Shown: in pieces, positions 47,929 through 56,587 of the stretch
Layout of the letters: each line of letters starts with the position of its first letter
Position numbering within the stretch: the stretch's first letter is position 1
Assembly (NCBI GenBank): GCA_002686365.1
Contig: NZBZ01000020.1
Coordinates: forward strand, 55,484-119,483
Source: a bacterium
Lineage (GTDB): Bacteria; Patescibacteriota; Minisyncoccia; UBA6257; GWB1-50-10
DNA: 64,000 nt
Direction of reading: 5' to 3'
The notes under the pieces: generated by a model
Database searches by the model: none
The model's input: the letters and a program-made list of their open reading frames with translations, nothing else
What the model was told of the DNA's origin: nothing
Made by a program: the position numbers and the translations under genes

Positions 47929-48057
47929 CCCTCACTCTTGGCGCATTGAGACGCCAAATTAGTACTTATTCTTTCGACTTGTGTATTTTTTTGATTCATT
48001 GTTTTGTCTTTATCCCTTTCCTTTACGCAGTTATGCGCCAAGGGCGTAGGGATTCAT
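47924..48057 (-). mobile_element. 124-bp palindromic element of the ATGAA-TCCC...GGG-ATGAA family on the galE start codon
   Basis: TTCAT at 47924 and 48053; imperfect inverted repeats CCCTCACTCTTGGCGCAT / ATGCGCCAAGGGCGTAGGG. Confidence 0.75.
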
Positions 48058-48058
48058 A

Positions 48059-49558
48059 TTATGAAGATTGAGTGTTTGAATGTGAAGAAGATAAGAAACG
48101 ACGGAATATACTTTGAAACTCTGTTATAACAGGATCGCGCAAAATATAAAGAAAAGCAAAGTAAAACAAGGCAGAAAGAAGAATAACCATTAAAACATGA
48201 AGTCCGGCAAAATAGTAGAGGACGTAGGCAAGTATACCCGGACCAAGAAGCGACGCAATAAAAATCCTCGGAAGGTAACGAAAAGTACGAAACGGCTGAA
48301 GGCGTTTTGCAACATACCAGAGGAAGCCTTGATTAATAAGAAGAGAGAAGAATGTTCCAATTGCTGATCCAGCAGCTCCATACGCTGGAATAAGGAAAAC
48401 ATTAAGTACAACATTCCCGAACGCGCCAACTCCTGCAGATGTAGCAATGATGCGCTGCTTATTATGAACAAATATAAAGTTGAGAATAATTCTGCTAGGA
48501 AAAAGCAAAAGGAGAGAAAAAAGAAGCAGTTGAAGAAAGAGAGAGGAGGAGGCAAAGCCCTGACCATATACAAAAATAAGAAGCGGCCTGGCAAGAACAA
48601 TGCCGCCAACAACAAGCGGGAGAGAAATAGAAAAAAGAAGAATTACAGAACGTTCCATAAGGCGCTCTACTCGATCAGAATCCCCGAGTTTTACAAGACG
48701 GGAGAGAAGGGGAAAGACGCTCACAGCAAGAATATCAGGAAGCACGATAAGCAGAAACACAATTCGCTGAGCCGCCGCATACAATCCGATTTCTTCAGCG
48801 CTTCGCCACCAGCCGAGCATTATCATATCAATATGAAACATAAAGCGGCCAAACACAGTGGTAAGAAACATGGCAGAGGTGGTAAGGAGTATCGGGCGAA
48901 TAAGGTCCTTTTGGAAACATCTAAAGATGCGCGCAAACCAGTTCTTCAAAAGCAGTGTACCAATAAGCGCCCCCACGCCTGCGCCAGCTGCATACGCCAT
49001 AATGAGTGATAAAGGATTTGGCGCAAGAAAGATCGCAAGAAAACCGAATCCAGTGATAGCGAGATTGGTAACGACTGCGGTAAGCGCCTCAAGCTCCATT
49101 CGTTCGGAAAAACGAAAAACCGCAAAGGCCAAACCGCGAAATCCGTCAAAAGCGATAAGGAAAGAGGCAAAGACAAACAGAAGACGAACGCCCACAATGT
49201 GAGAGAAGAGAGGGGCGACAAAAATAACAAGCGCAATCGTCAAAATAAGAAGAACAAGCTGAATAAAAAATGTGACAGAGAAAAACTCGTACCTGCTCTT
49301 TGGTGTTTGGGAGGCGTTCCGTAGAAACACAGAAGAAACTCCCGCGCTCGAAAACATAGTAAAGAAGCCGGCAAGTCCCAGCACATAAGAAAATACACCA
49401 TATCCCTCTGCGCCTAAAATCCGGGCAACATAGATAACAAAAAGCATCCGGATAAGGCGGCCAAAAATCTCTCCAAGGGTCAGCCATGCAACATTTTTCG
49501 CAATAGTTTGCTTTGGGCTCGTATTACGCAAAAAAAATTGTTTCAGCCGAGCAAGCAT
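48059..49558 (-). CDS. wzx: Polysaccharide flippase
   Basis: KN..W, ARILG.EGYG, DMIMLG...GLY.AA, LIP.YG..G.A; many TM helices. Confidence 0.88.
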   Translation of the reverse strand: MLARLKQFFLRNTSPKQTIAKNVAWLTLGEIFGRLIRMLFVIYVARILGAEGYGVFSYVLGLAGFFTMFSSAGVSSVFLRNASQTPKSRYEFFSVTFFIQLVLLILTIALVIFVAPLFSHIVGVRLLFVFASFLIAFDGFRGLAFAVFRFSERMELEALTAVVTNLAITGFGFLAIFLAPNPLSLIMAYAAGAGVGALIGTLLLKNWFARIFRCFQKDLIRPILLTTSAMFLTTVFGRFMFHIDMIMLGWWRSAEEIGLYAAAQRIVFLLIVLPDILAVSVFPLLSRLVKLGDSDRVERLMERSVILLFSISLPLVVGGIVLARPLLIFVYGQGFASSSLFLQLLLFSLLLLFPSRIILNFIFVHNKQRIIATSAGVGAFGNVVLNVFLIPAYGAAGSAIGTFFSLLINQGFLWYVAKRLQPFRTFRYLPRIFIASLLGPGILAYVLYYFAGLHVLMVILLSALFYFAFLYILRDPVITEFQSIFRRFLSSSHSNTQSS

Positions 49559-49560
49559 TT

Positions 49561-50868
49561 TTAAGAAGAAAAGAATACGTACTTAAGTGTCTTTATAATG
49601 ACAATAACATCTATAAAGAATGATCGATGCCGAAGGTAGTACAAGTCGTATGAAAGCTTCTCCCCAGCCTCTTTCAGAGAAGTGCTTGCTCGGTAATTAA
49701 TCTGCGCCCACCCAGTAAGTCCGGGCTTTATAAGATGCCTAAAGTCATAATAAGGAAGCTCTTTATATTTTTCAGCAAGCTCTGAACGCTCCGGTCTTGG
49801 GCCGGTAAAAGAAATATCTCCTCGAGCAATATTAAAAAGCTGAGGAAGCTCATCAAGATGAGTAAATCGTAAAATTTTGCCAACTGGAGTTATGCGCGGA
49901 TCTTTGTCTTCTGTCCAAAGAGGTCCGTCACTTTTATGGTGCATGGTTCGAAACTTGTACAAGTTGAACTTCTTGCTGCCCTTTCCAACCCGAGACTGAA
50001 CATAAACAGCGGGACCTCTGGAACTAATACTTACAAGCATCCAAATAAGAAGAATAATAGGAGAAAAAATTAGAATAAGAAAAACACTAAGTACAAAATC
50101 AGCAATTCGTTTTGCAAAATCATACAGCCGTCTTCGGGAAGAAAGAAGCTGCTGCGCCCACTCCTCATCAACGTCCTGAAGTGAAACCTTCTCAAATATA
50201 GATCCATAAAAATCCTGAAATGGAACAAAGGAAATCTTAGAAAGGGAAGGAAGCTTAAGAGAGGAAAGAAGAGAGGAGGTATGAGCAATTCCAGGCCCAA
50301 GCACAATAAGATCTATCTTCTTATTTTGCATTTTGCGAAAAGACGCAGAAGAGGGGTCTTGTATATGAGACTCTGCTCTATATCCAACTTGAGGATTTTT
50401 CTTAATATACAGGAGGAGCCTGGAAAGAGAGCCAGACTCTCCGAGAAAAACAACTCGGACCTGACCAAAAGAAAGAAGGCGAATTGAGAAAAGCCGCCAC
50501 ACATACAAGAGAACAAAAGAAATAATTCCAAAGAGAATTAGGTTTGTCTTAGGAGTAAGAGAGAAAAAAGGACCAAAGAGATAAAAGATAAGAATTGAAA
50601 GTCCAAAGCTGATTGACACTGCAAGAATAAGATTTCGAAGGAAGAGTTTTTTCATCCGAAGAGAACGAAGCTTATATAAATCATTCATAAGAAATACAAA
50701 AAGCCAAACAAGAAAGACAAGAGAAAACGGCACAATGTGAGATTGAATACGAAGGGAAAAAGAAGAAGGCTCGTAACGGATTATGAGCATCAAAAAAAGA
50801 GAGATGTAGAGGATAAAAACATCTCCAATCACAAGATCGAATCTATTTATATACTGCATAATAGTCAA
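49561..50868 (-). CDS. Polyprenyl glycosylphosphotransferase (priming sugar transferase)
   Basis: KRIAD, KFRTM, DPRITPVG..LR..HLDELPQ, GPRPER, KPGLTGWAQ. Confidence 0.92.
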   Translation of the reverse strand: MTIMQYINRFDLVIGDVFILYISLFLMLIIRYEPSSFSLRIQSHIVPFSLVFLVWLFVFLMNDLYKLRSLRMKKLFLRNLILAVSISFGLSILIFYLFGPFFSLTPKTNLILFGIISFVLLYVWRLFSIRLLSFGQVRVVFLGESGSLSRLLLYIKKNPQVGYRAESHIQDPSSASFRKMQNKKIDLIVLGPGIAHTSSLLSSLKLPSLSKISFVPFQDFYGSIFEKVSLQDVDEEWAQQLLSSRRRLYDFAKRIADFVLSVFLILIFSPIILLIWMLVSISSRGPAVYVQSRVGKGSKKFNLYKFRTMHHKSDGPLWTEDKDPRITPVGKILRFTHLDELPQLFNIARGDISFTGPRPERSELAEKYKELPYYDFRHLIKPGLTGWAQINYRASTSLKEAGEKLSYDLYYLRHRSFFIDVIVIIKTLKYVFFSS

Positions 50869-50942
50869 AAAATAATAGGATATTCATAATATCCTATAAT
50901 AAGGTTGACCTTTGTAGGTATATTACATAAGATAAAGATTAA

Positions 50943-51665
50943 ATGGAAGAACAGGCAAAAAAAGGGAAAAATATTCTTTTGCCAGCAAGCATCTTAATCG
51001 CGGGGGTACTTATTGCCGGATCTGTAATATACAGCACAGGGAAGGGCTCCATTGAAAAAGAAAAGCTCACGGGAACACTTTTGCAGGAACCATCGCCCGA
51101 AAACGTTAAAGATGTGAATAAAAAAGATCACATCCGGGGAAATCCAAATGCAAAAGTTGTAATCATTGAATTTTCAGATCTTGAATGTCCGTTCTGTCAG
51201 AGATTTCATGAGACAATGAAGCAGGCAGTAGATGAGTTCGGGGATGAGGTAGCATGGGTATTCCGACACCTTCCTCTAGAAATGCACTCAAAGGCAAAAA
51301 GAGAGGCAGAGGCAAGTGAGTGCGCAGCAGAACTCGGCGGGAATGACGCATTTTGGAAATACGTAGACAGAGTATTTGAAATCTCTCCGTTAAATAATGG
51401 ATTAGACCTTAATCTCCTGCCTCAAATTGCAGAAGATATCGGGCTGAATAAAGAAAAATTTGAGTCTTGTCTGGAAGGAGGAAAGCAGGCCGACAAGGTA
51501 GAGGAAGATATTGAAGACGCGGTTGCCTCGGGCGGACGCGGAACACCATACTCAGTTATCATCACGAAAAACGGCGAGAAATTCTCCATCCCGGGAGCAC
51601 TTCCGTTCGAAGATCCTGTGCGGCAGGATGTAAAGACGATTATTCAGGCTGCTCTAGAAAATTAA
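50943..51665 (+). CDS. DsbA family thiol-disulfide oxidoreductase
   Basis: DHIRGN, EFSDLECPFC, FRHLPL, GTP. Confidence 0.9.
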   Translation: MEEQAKKGKNILLPASILIAGVLIAGSVIYSTGKGSIEKEKLTGTLLQEPSPENVKDVNKKDHIRGNPNAKVVIIEFSDLECPFCQRFHETMKQAVDEFGDEVAWVFRHLPLEMHSKAKREAEASECAAELGGNDAFWKYVDRVFEISPLNNGLDLNLLPQIAEDIGLNKEKFESCLEGGKQADKVEEDIEDAVASGGRGTPYSVIITKNGEKFSIPGALPFEDPVRQDVKTIIQAALEN

Positions 51666-51680
51666 TTTTTATCTGCTAAT

Positions 51681-51845
51681 GTGAAGTGGCACCATTGGAC
51701 AATACTTGGGCTGGGGATTTGGCTCGTTGCCTCCCCTTGGATTTTAGGATTTGCAAAAGTAAACCTTGCAATGTGGAACGTGGTCGTGGTAGGAGTAATT
51801 ATAGGATTGCTCGCACTATGGAACATGATTCCGCCTGAAGAATAA
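51681..51845 (+). CDS. SPW-repeat small membrane protein (54 aa, below ORF-track cutoff)
   Basis: GTG start; LGIWLVASPWILGF...MWNVVVVG. Confidence 0.8.
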   Translation: MKWHHWTILGLGIWLVASPWILGFAKVNLAMWNVVVVGVIIGLLALWNMIPPEE

Positions 51846-51849
51846 AAGC

Positions 51850-52134
51850 ATGGATACAAAAATCTACACAGCCCCGCACTGCACGCACTGCAAAAGAGCA
51901 AGGAAATTTCTAGACATGAATAAAATTCAGTTTACAGAAGTAAATGTCATGGAAGACGAAAAGGGCTACAGAGAAATGGTAGAAAAAACGCATCAATCAG
52001 GAGTACCTGTGCTAGAATTAAAAAATGATATACATGTAGGGTTTAATCAGGAAATATTTGCAGAAGTATTAGGAATAAAAAAAAGAAGTTTATTAAGCCG
52101 ATTAAAAGGTCGACTAAAGCCAAAAGAAATATAG
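51850..52134 (+). CDS. Glutaredoxin-like protein (NrdH/YruB-like)
   Basis: [18 protein letters not shown]. Confidence 0.88.
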   Translation: MDTKIYTAPHCTHCKRARKFLDMNKIQFTEVNVMEDEKGYREMVEKTHQSGVPVLELKNDIHVGFNQEIFAEVLGIKKRSLLSRLKGRLKPKEI

Positions 52135-52140
52135 AAACAT

Positions 52141-52383
52141 ATGGACGATCAACCAACACCTACACCAGGAGGCGACGAAGGAGCACCTACACCAGGTGCA
52201 CCTATGCCGGGAGCACCAGGAGCACCTACACCAGGAGCACCTACACCAGGAGCACCTGAAGCACCAGGAGCACCAGGCGCACCTATGCCAGGAGCACCTG
52301 AAGCACCAGGAGCACCAACTCCTCCTGCAGAAGAAGGAGGAGCACCAGGAGGCGACCAGTCGACTCCCGGAGCCCCTGCGTAA
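52141..52383 (+). CDS. Low-complexity Pro/Gly/Ala-rich protein (PGAP repeats)
   Basis: 15-nt repeat CCAGGAGCACCTACA with third-position variation in this frame; followed by a terminator. Confidence 0.7.
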   Translation: MDDQPTPTPGGDEGAPTPGAPMPGAPGAPTPGAPTPGAPEAPGAPGAPMPGAPEAPGAPTPPAEEGGAPGGDQSTPGAPA

Positions 52384-52400
52384 GTCAGAAATCGAAATTA

Positions 52401-52437
52401 AAAAAAGAGACCTTGCTAAGGCAACGGTCTCTTTTTT
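52401..52437 (+). terminator. Rho-independent terminator
   Basis: AAAAAAGAGACC-TTGC...GCAA-C-GGTCTCTTTTTT. Confidence 0.8.
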
Positions 52438-52477
52438 GTTGCAAGAGATGAGATTATCAGGGTAGAATAGGAAGGCT

Positions 52478-53404
52478 ATGGAATACGATCTTATTATATT
52501 AGGAGGCGGCCCAGCCGGAGCAGCAGCAGCAGTATATGCAGGAAGAAAAAAACTTAAGACTCTTCTCATCACAGACTCATTCGGAGGCCAGTCTATTGTC
52601 TCGGATGATATCCACAACTGGATAGGAGATAAAAATATCTCGGGTTTTGATTTAGCTAAGAAGCTTGAGGAGCATGTAAAAACGCAAAAAGAGGATGTAG
52701 AAATTCAAACAGGCCTAGCAGAAAAGATAGAGAAAAAAGATAAGACATTTACAGTAACAACGAAAAAAGGAGATTCTTACAAAGCAAAAGCAATATTCCT
52801 TGCTATTGGAAGCAGAAGAAGAAAGCTGGAAATATTGGGAGAGAAAGAGTTTGAAGGAAAGGGAGTTTTTTACTGTTCAACTTGTGATGCGCCGCTTATG
52901 AAAGGAATGGATGCCGCAGTAGTAGGCGGAGGAAATTCAGCGCTCGAAGGAGTTGTGGACCTAATGTCATACGCAAAGAAAATATATCTTATTCACAGAA
53001 GAGATGAGTTTCGCGGAGATCCAGTAACGCAGGAGGCTGTAGAGAAAAGCGAAAAAGTAGAAAAGATTTTAAACTCAAGCGTGGTAGAAATAAAGGGAGA
53101 TAAAATGGTAACAAGTATAGTCTACGAAAATTTAGAAACAAAAGAAAAAAAGGAATTAAAACTAAATGGCGTCTTTGTTGAAATCGGAGCAATCCCAAAT
53201 AGCGACATTGTTAAAAATCTTGTAGAAACAAACGAGCGTGGAGAGGTGGTTGTGGATCACAAAACGCAAAGGACTTCAGTGTTAGGAATATGGGCAGCAG
53301 GGGATGTTACAGACGTGATGTATAAACAGAATAATATTTCTGCAGGAGATGGAGTAAAGGCAATATTAAATATCAATGATTACTTATGTAAAGAGTGTGA
53401 GTAG
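52478..53404 (+). CDS. trxB: Thioredoxin reductase
   Basis: GGGPAG, YCSTCD, VGGGNSA, HRRDEFR, AAGD. Confidence 0.88.
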   Translation: MEYDLIILGGGPAGAAAAVYAGRKKLKTLLITDSFGGQSIVSDDIHNWIGDKNISGFDLAKKLEEHVKTQKEDVEIQTGLAEKIEKKDKTFTVTTKKGDSYKAKAIFLAIGSRRRKLEILGEKEFEGKGVFYCSTCDAPLMKGMDAAVVGGGNSALEGVVDLMSYAKKIYLIHRRDEFRGDPVTQEAVEKSEKVEKILNSSVVEIKGDKMVTSIVYENLETKEKKELKLNGVFVEIGAIPNSDIVKNLVETNERGEVVVDHKTQRTSVLGIWAAGDVTDVMYKQNNISAGDGVKAILNINDYLCKECE

Positions 53405-53413
53405 TAAAAGAGT

Positions 53414-53647
53414 ATGGAGGATATGTTATTCAAGGGTATTGGGGTAATAGGGCTTGTACTGATTACTATAGGGATAATAGTGGGAAGACGGAAAACACAG
53501 AGCTTTCTTTTTATTATAGGAGGTCTTTGTTTAGGAGCTTACAGTATTTATATAAGAGATGTCATATTCATAATCCTACAGATAGTATTTACTCTCGTAG
53601 CTATTTATGAATTTATAAAACTTCAGTTTGGGGCGCATAAAAAATAA
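53414..53647 (+). CDS. Small membrane protein
   Basis: 77 aa with three hydrophobic segments, co-oriented with trxB. Confidence 0.7.
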   Translation: MEDMLFKGIGVIGLVLITIGIIVGRRKTQSFLFIIGGLCLGAYSIYIRDVIFIILQIVFTLVAIYEFIKLQFGAHKK

Positions 53648-53650
53648 AAT

Positions 53651-53672
53651 GAGCCAGCGGCCGGATTTGAAC
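53651..53672 (-). pseudogene. 3' fragment of a tRNA (T-loop and acceptor strand)
   Basis: GTTCAAATCCGGCCGCTGGCTC. Confidence 0.7.
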
Positions 53673-53684
53673 ATTTATTACTTG

Positions 53685-53757
53685 AGCCACCTCCCGGATT
53701 TGAACCGGGGACCTTCACTTTACGAAAGTGCTGCTCTACCAACTGAGCTAAGGTGGC
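53685..53757 (-). tRNA. tRNA-Thr(CGT)
   Basis: Full cloverleaf GCCACCT...TT-CGT-AA...GGTTCAAATCC...AGGTGGC-T; CCA not encoded. Confidence 0.95.
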
Positions 53758-53836
53758 ATTGCTCTTCCGGGGCGAGCCCCGATATACTAAAATCACTGTA
53801 GCTCGCCCGTTGAAAGCAAAATCGTTTGCTTTCAAC

Positions 53837-53855
53837 CCAACTGAGCTACGCTGGC
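53837..53855 (-). pseudogene. 5' fragment of a tRNA (acceptor strand and start of D-arm)
   Basis: GCCAGCGTAGCTCAGTTGG; GCCAGCG is complementary to CGCTGGC of the 53651 fragment. Confidence 0.7.
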
Positions 53856-53929
53856 ACTGCTCTTCCAGGGTGAGCCTCGAAAGTAACACCTCCATACTAA
53901 TCAAGAAAACATAATAGGTAAAGCATATT

Positions 53930-54625
53930 ATGCCTTCATACAATTCAAATATCGCATATATAACAATATCCGCAGGAGCAGGAGGAGACGATGCTAAGGA
54001 TTGGGCAAAGATGCTTTTTCGTATGTATCAGAAATATGCAGATAAGAAAAATTGGAAGAAGCGCCTTATTAATGAAAATACTGTAGAGATAAAAGGCGAG
54101 AACGCATATAAACGTCTAAAAGACGAGTCAGGCGTTCATCGTCTTGTGCGCATCTCTCCATTTGACTCAAAGCGCTTGCGCCACACCTCGTTTGCCCTCG
54201 TAGAAGTACTTCCGGAAGTCGAAGGCATAGAAGCAGGTATTCCACAGGAAGATCTAAAGGTAGAATTTTTCCGCTCGAGCGCTCCAGGAGGACAGAACGT
54301 AAATAAGGTAGAAACCGCAGTAAGAGCAATACATCTTCCCACGGGATTGAAAGCAGGCGCGCAAACAGAACGTTCTCAATCAGCAAACAGAGAACGCGCA
54401 GTAAAACTCTTAAAAGCAAAGCTCGCAAAGCTTCTCGAAGAACGTAAGGAAAAAGAAATCAGCAATCTTAGAGTAAAGGTGGAGCCGGATTGGGGGCATG
54501 AGATTCGTTCATACGTTTTACATCCGTACAAGATGGTAAAAGATCACGAGACAAAAAAGAAAAGCGGAAAGGTGGAGGAATTTTTGGGTGGAGATATTGA
54601 CATTTTGTTCAAAAAGAAAAAGTAA
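53930..54625 (+). CDS. prfB: Peptide chain release factor 2, lacking the N-terminal domain
   Basis: AGAGG...WA.ML.RMY, ESGVHRLVRISPFD, RHTSFA, GGQNVNK, WG.EIRSY; only 231 aa. Confidence 0.88.
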   Translation: MPSYNSNIAYITISAGAGGDDAKDWAKMLFRMYQKYADKKNWKKRLINENTVEIKGENAYKRLKDESGVHRLVRISPFDSKRLRHTSFALVEVLPEVEGIEAGIPQEDLKVEFFRSSAPGGQNVNKVETAVRAIHLPTGLKAGAQTERSQSANRERAVKLLKAKLAKLLEERKEKEISNLRVKVEPDWGHEIRSYVLHPYKMVKDHETKKKSGKVEEFLGGDIDILFKKKK

Positions 54626-54853
54626 TTTTCTTTTTGAGCACAAAATGTACAACCCCCCATTTTTATTCATTAACAAAATCACAAGCGTATCCACACGTAG
54701 AATGTAATAGAGATATAAACAAACTGTATAATAAGGAATGAAAAAAAGGGGGGTGCTGAATGTTCCGGTTAATCGTTTCGTTCTTGAGGAACATTCGCAT
54801 ATTGAAGAAGAAATAAAGAAGAGTACAATAAATATCAACGAATAAAAATAGTC

Positions 54854-55516
54854 ATGATTTCATTTCAGAAAGTTACCAAAACCTACAATCACAAACTTCA
54901 CGCTCTAGAAAAGGCAAGTTTTAAAATACAACCAAACGAGTTTGTCATGCTCGTAGGAAAGTCAGGAGCAGGAAAGTCCACCATACTTAAACTCTTAATC
55001 GGAGAAGAAAAGCCAACCTCAGGAAAAATCCTTTTCAACTCTCTTGAGGTAAATAAGCTGAAACCCGGAGACATGCCCGACTTGCGCCGTCAGATAGGAG
55101 TCATCTTTCAGGATTTTCGGCTTTTGGAGCAGAAAACAGCGCAGGAAAACGTCGCATTTGCGCTAGAAGTTGAAGGAAGGCCGCAAAGAGAAATAGAGGA
55201 GCTAGTTCCTCAGGTGCTCGATATGGTGGGAATAAAAGACAAGGCAAATAACTTTCCAAGAGAACTTTCAGGAGGAGAGAAGCAGAGAGTCGCAATTGCG
55301 CGAGCAATGATTAATCGTCCAAAAGTTCTTATTGCTGATGAGCCAACAGGAAATCTTGACCACCATAACTCAAGTGAGGTAATCAAGCTTCTTATAAAAA
55401 TTAATGAACTTGGAAGTACAGTAATACTTGCAACACACGACAAGGACGTTGTTGATACTCTTGATCAGAGAAGAATCACTCTTGATAAGGGAAGAATTAT
55501 AAAAGACGAAGCGTAA
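54854..55516 (+). CDS. ftsE: Cell division ATP-binding protein FtsE
   Basis: GKSGAGKST, FQDFRLL, LSGGEKQR, ADEPTGNLD; adjacent to ftsX. Confidence 0.93.
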   Translation: MISFQKVTKTYNHKLHALEKASFKIQPNEFVMLVGKSGAGKSTILKLLIGEEKPTSGKILFNSLEVNKLKPGDMPDLRRQIGVIFQDFRLLEQKTAQENVAFALEVEGRPQREIEELVPQVLDMVGIKDKANNFPRELSGGEKQRVAIARAMINRPKVLIADEPTGNLDHHNSSEVIKLLIKINELGSTVILATHDKDVVDTLDQRRITLDKGRIIKDEA

Positions 55517-55520
55517 AAAT

Positions 55521-56429
55521 ATGTTCGTATCACTATCTCGCATAATCAAATACGGTGTTCAGAGTTTCTTGAGGAATGGATGGCTTTCAGTGTCTACAAT
55601 AAGCATCATGATTCTTACCTTAATGGTTTTCGAGGGTCTTATAATATTTAACTTCGTAGGAAGACAGTCTATTGAATCAATAAAAGAAAAGGTAGACATT
55701 AGTGTCTATTTCAAAAGCAATGTTCCTGAGGACTCCATATTAAGTGTGAAGCGTTCTCTGGAAAGTCTGGAAGAGGTGAAGGGAGTAAACTATATCTCCC
55801 GCGAGGATGCGCTAGAGGAGTTCAAGAAGCGGCACGCAGATGATGAAACGATTGTGCAGACTCTAGACGAGTTAGATGACAACCCGCTTCTTGCCTCTTT
55901 AGATATCAAAGCAGAAGAGCTTAGTCAGTATGAAACAATTGCCTCATATCTTGAAACTCCATCTCTCCAAGATATTATTGAAAAGGTAACCTTTACACAA
56001 AATAAATTAGTCATCGAGCGGCTTTCCTCTCTTGTGCGGACATTTAACAGAGGAATGGTGCTGTTAACAATATTCCTCGGCATTCTAGCCATTGTAGTAA
56101 CATTTAACACAGTTCGTCTCGCCATCTTTTCAAATAGAGAGCAGATTGGCATCATGCGTCTCGTGGGCGCGTCAAACAATTTTATCAAGGGGCCATTCTT
56201 TGTAGAGGGAATTATCTACGGAATCACCTCTGCAATTGTAAGTTTCCTTATACTTATTCCAATTATTATTATTACTTCTCCTTATATCACGAGATTCGTA
56301 CACGAAATAAATCTAACCTCCTATCTTACAGACAACTTAGGTAAGCTTATATTTTATCAACTCGCCGCTGCTCTCATACTTTCAATCCTTTCAAGCGCAT
56401 TCGCAATCAGAAGATATTTGAGGAAGTAG
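55521..56429 (+). CDS. ftsX: Cell division permease FtsX
   Basis: RNGWLS, NPL, NTVRLAIF..REQIGIMRLVGAS..FI.GPF..EG. Confidence 0.92.
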   Translation: MFVSLSRIIKYGVQSFLRNGWLSVSTISIMILTLMVFEGLIIFNFVGRQSIESIKEKVDISVYFKSNVPEDSILSVKRSLESLEEVKGVNYISREDALEEFKKRHADDETIVQTLDELDDNPLLASLDIKAEELSQYETIASYLETPSLQDIIEKVTFTQNKLVIERLSSLVRTFNRGMVLLTIFLGILAIVVTFNTVRLAIFSNREQIGIMRLVGASNNFIKGPFFVEGIIYGITSAIVSFLILIPIIIITSPYITRFVHEINLTSYLTDNLGKLIFYQLAAALILSILSSAFAIRRYLRK

Positions 56430-56433
56430 AAAA

Positions 56434-56465
56434 TAAAAACCCCCGCTAATAGGCGGGGGTTTTTA
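56434..56465. terminator. Bidirectional terminator
   Basis: TAAAAACCCCCGC-N6-GCGGGGGTTTTTA. Confidence 0.85.
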
Positions 56466-56468
56466 GTG

Positions 56469-56539
56469 CTGCCAGGCTAGGATTCGAACCTAGGTACCAT
56501 GCTCCAGAGGCATGTGTCCTACCACTAGACGACCTGGCA
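56469..56539 (-). tRNA. tRNA-Gln(CTG)
   Basis: TGCCAGG...CATGC-CT-CTG-GA-GCATG...GGTTCGAATCC...CCTGGCA-G. Confidence 0.95.
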
Positions 56540-56587
56540 ATTTTCGTATCTTTTACAATACTTGTTTTCGTAGTTTTTTCAATTCTA

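Noticed and set aside
48464-49009. 181-aa Lys-rich plus-strand ORF
   Set aside because: Antisense shadow of the T-rich wzx coding strand.
52114-52617. Cys/Trp-rich minus-strand ORF and the HQEHL-repeat ORF at 52196
   Set aside because: Alternative readings of the PGAP repeat; they cross the terminator or overlap trxB, and the synonymous variation fits the PGAP frame.
53881-53932. Programmed +1 frameshift in prfB
   Set aside because: No CTTTGA site and no upstream coding segment; an in-frame stop lies at 53915.
54688-54696. Replication origin (GTATCCACA, DnaA-box-like)
   Set aside because: A single 8/9 match with no box cluster and no dnaA context.
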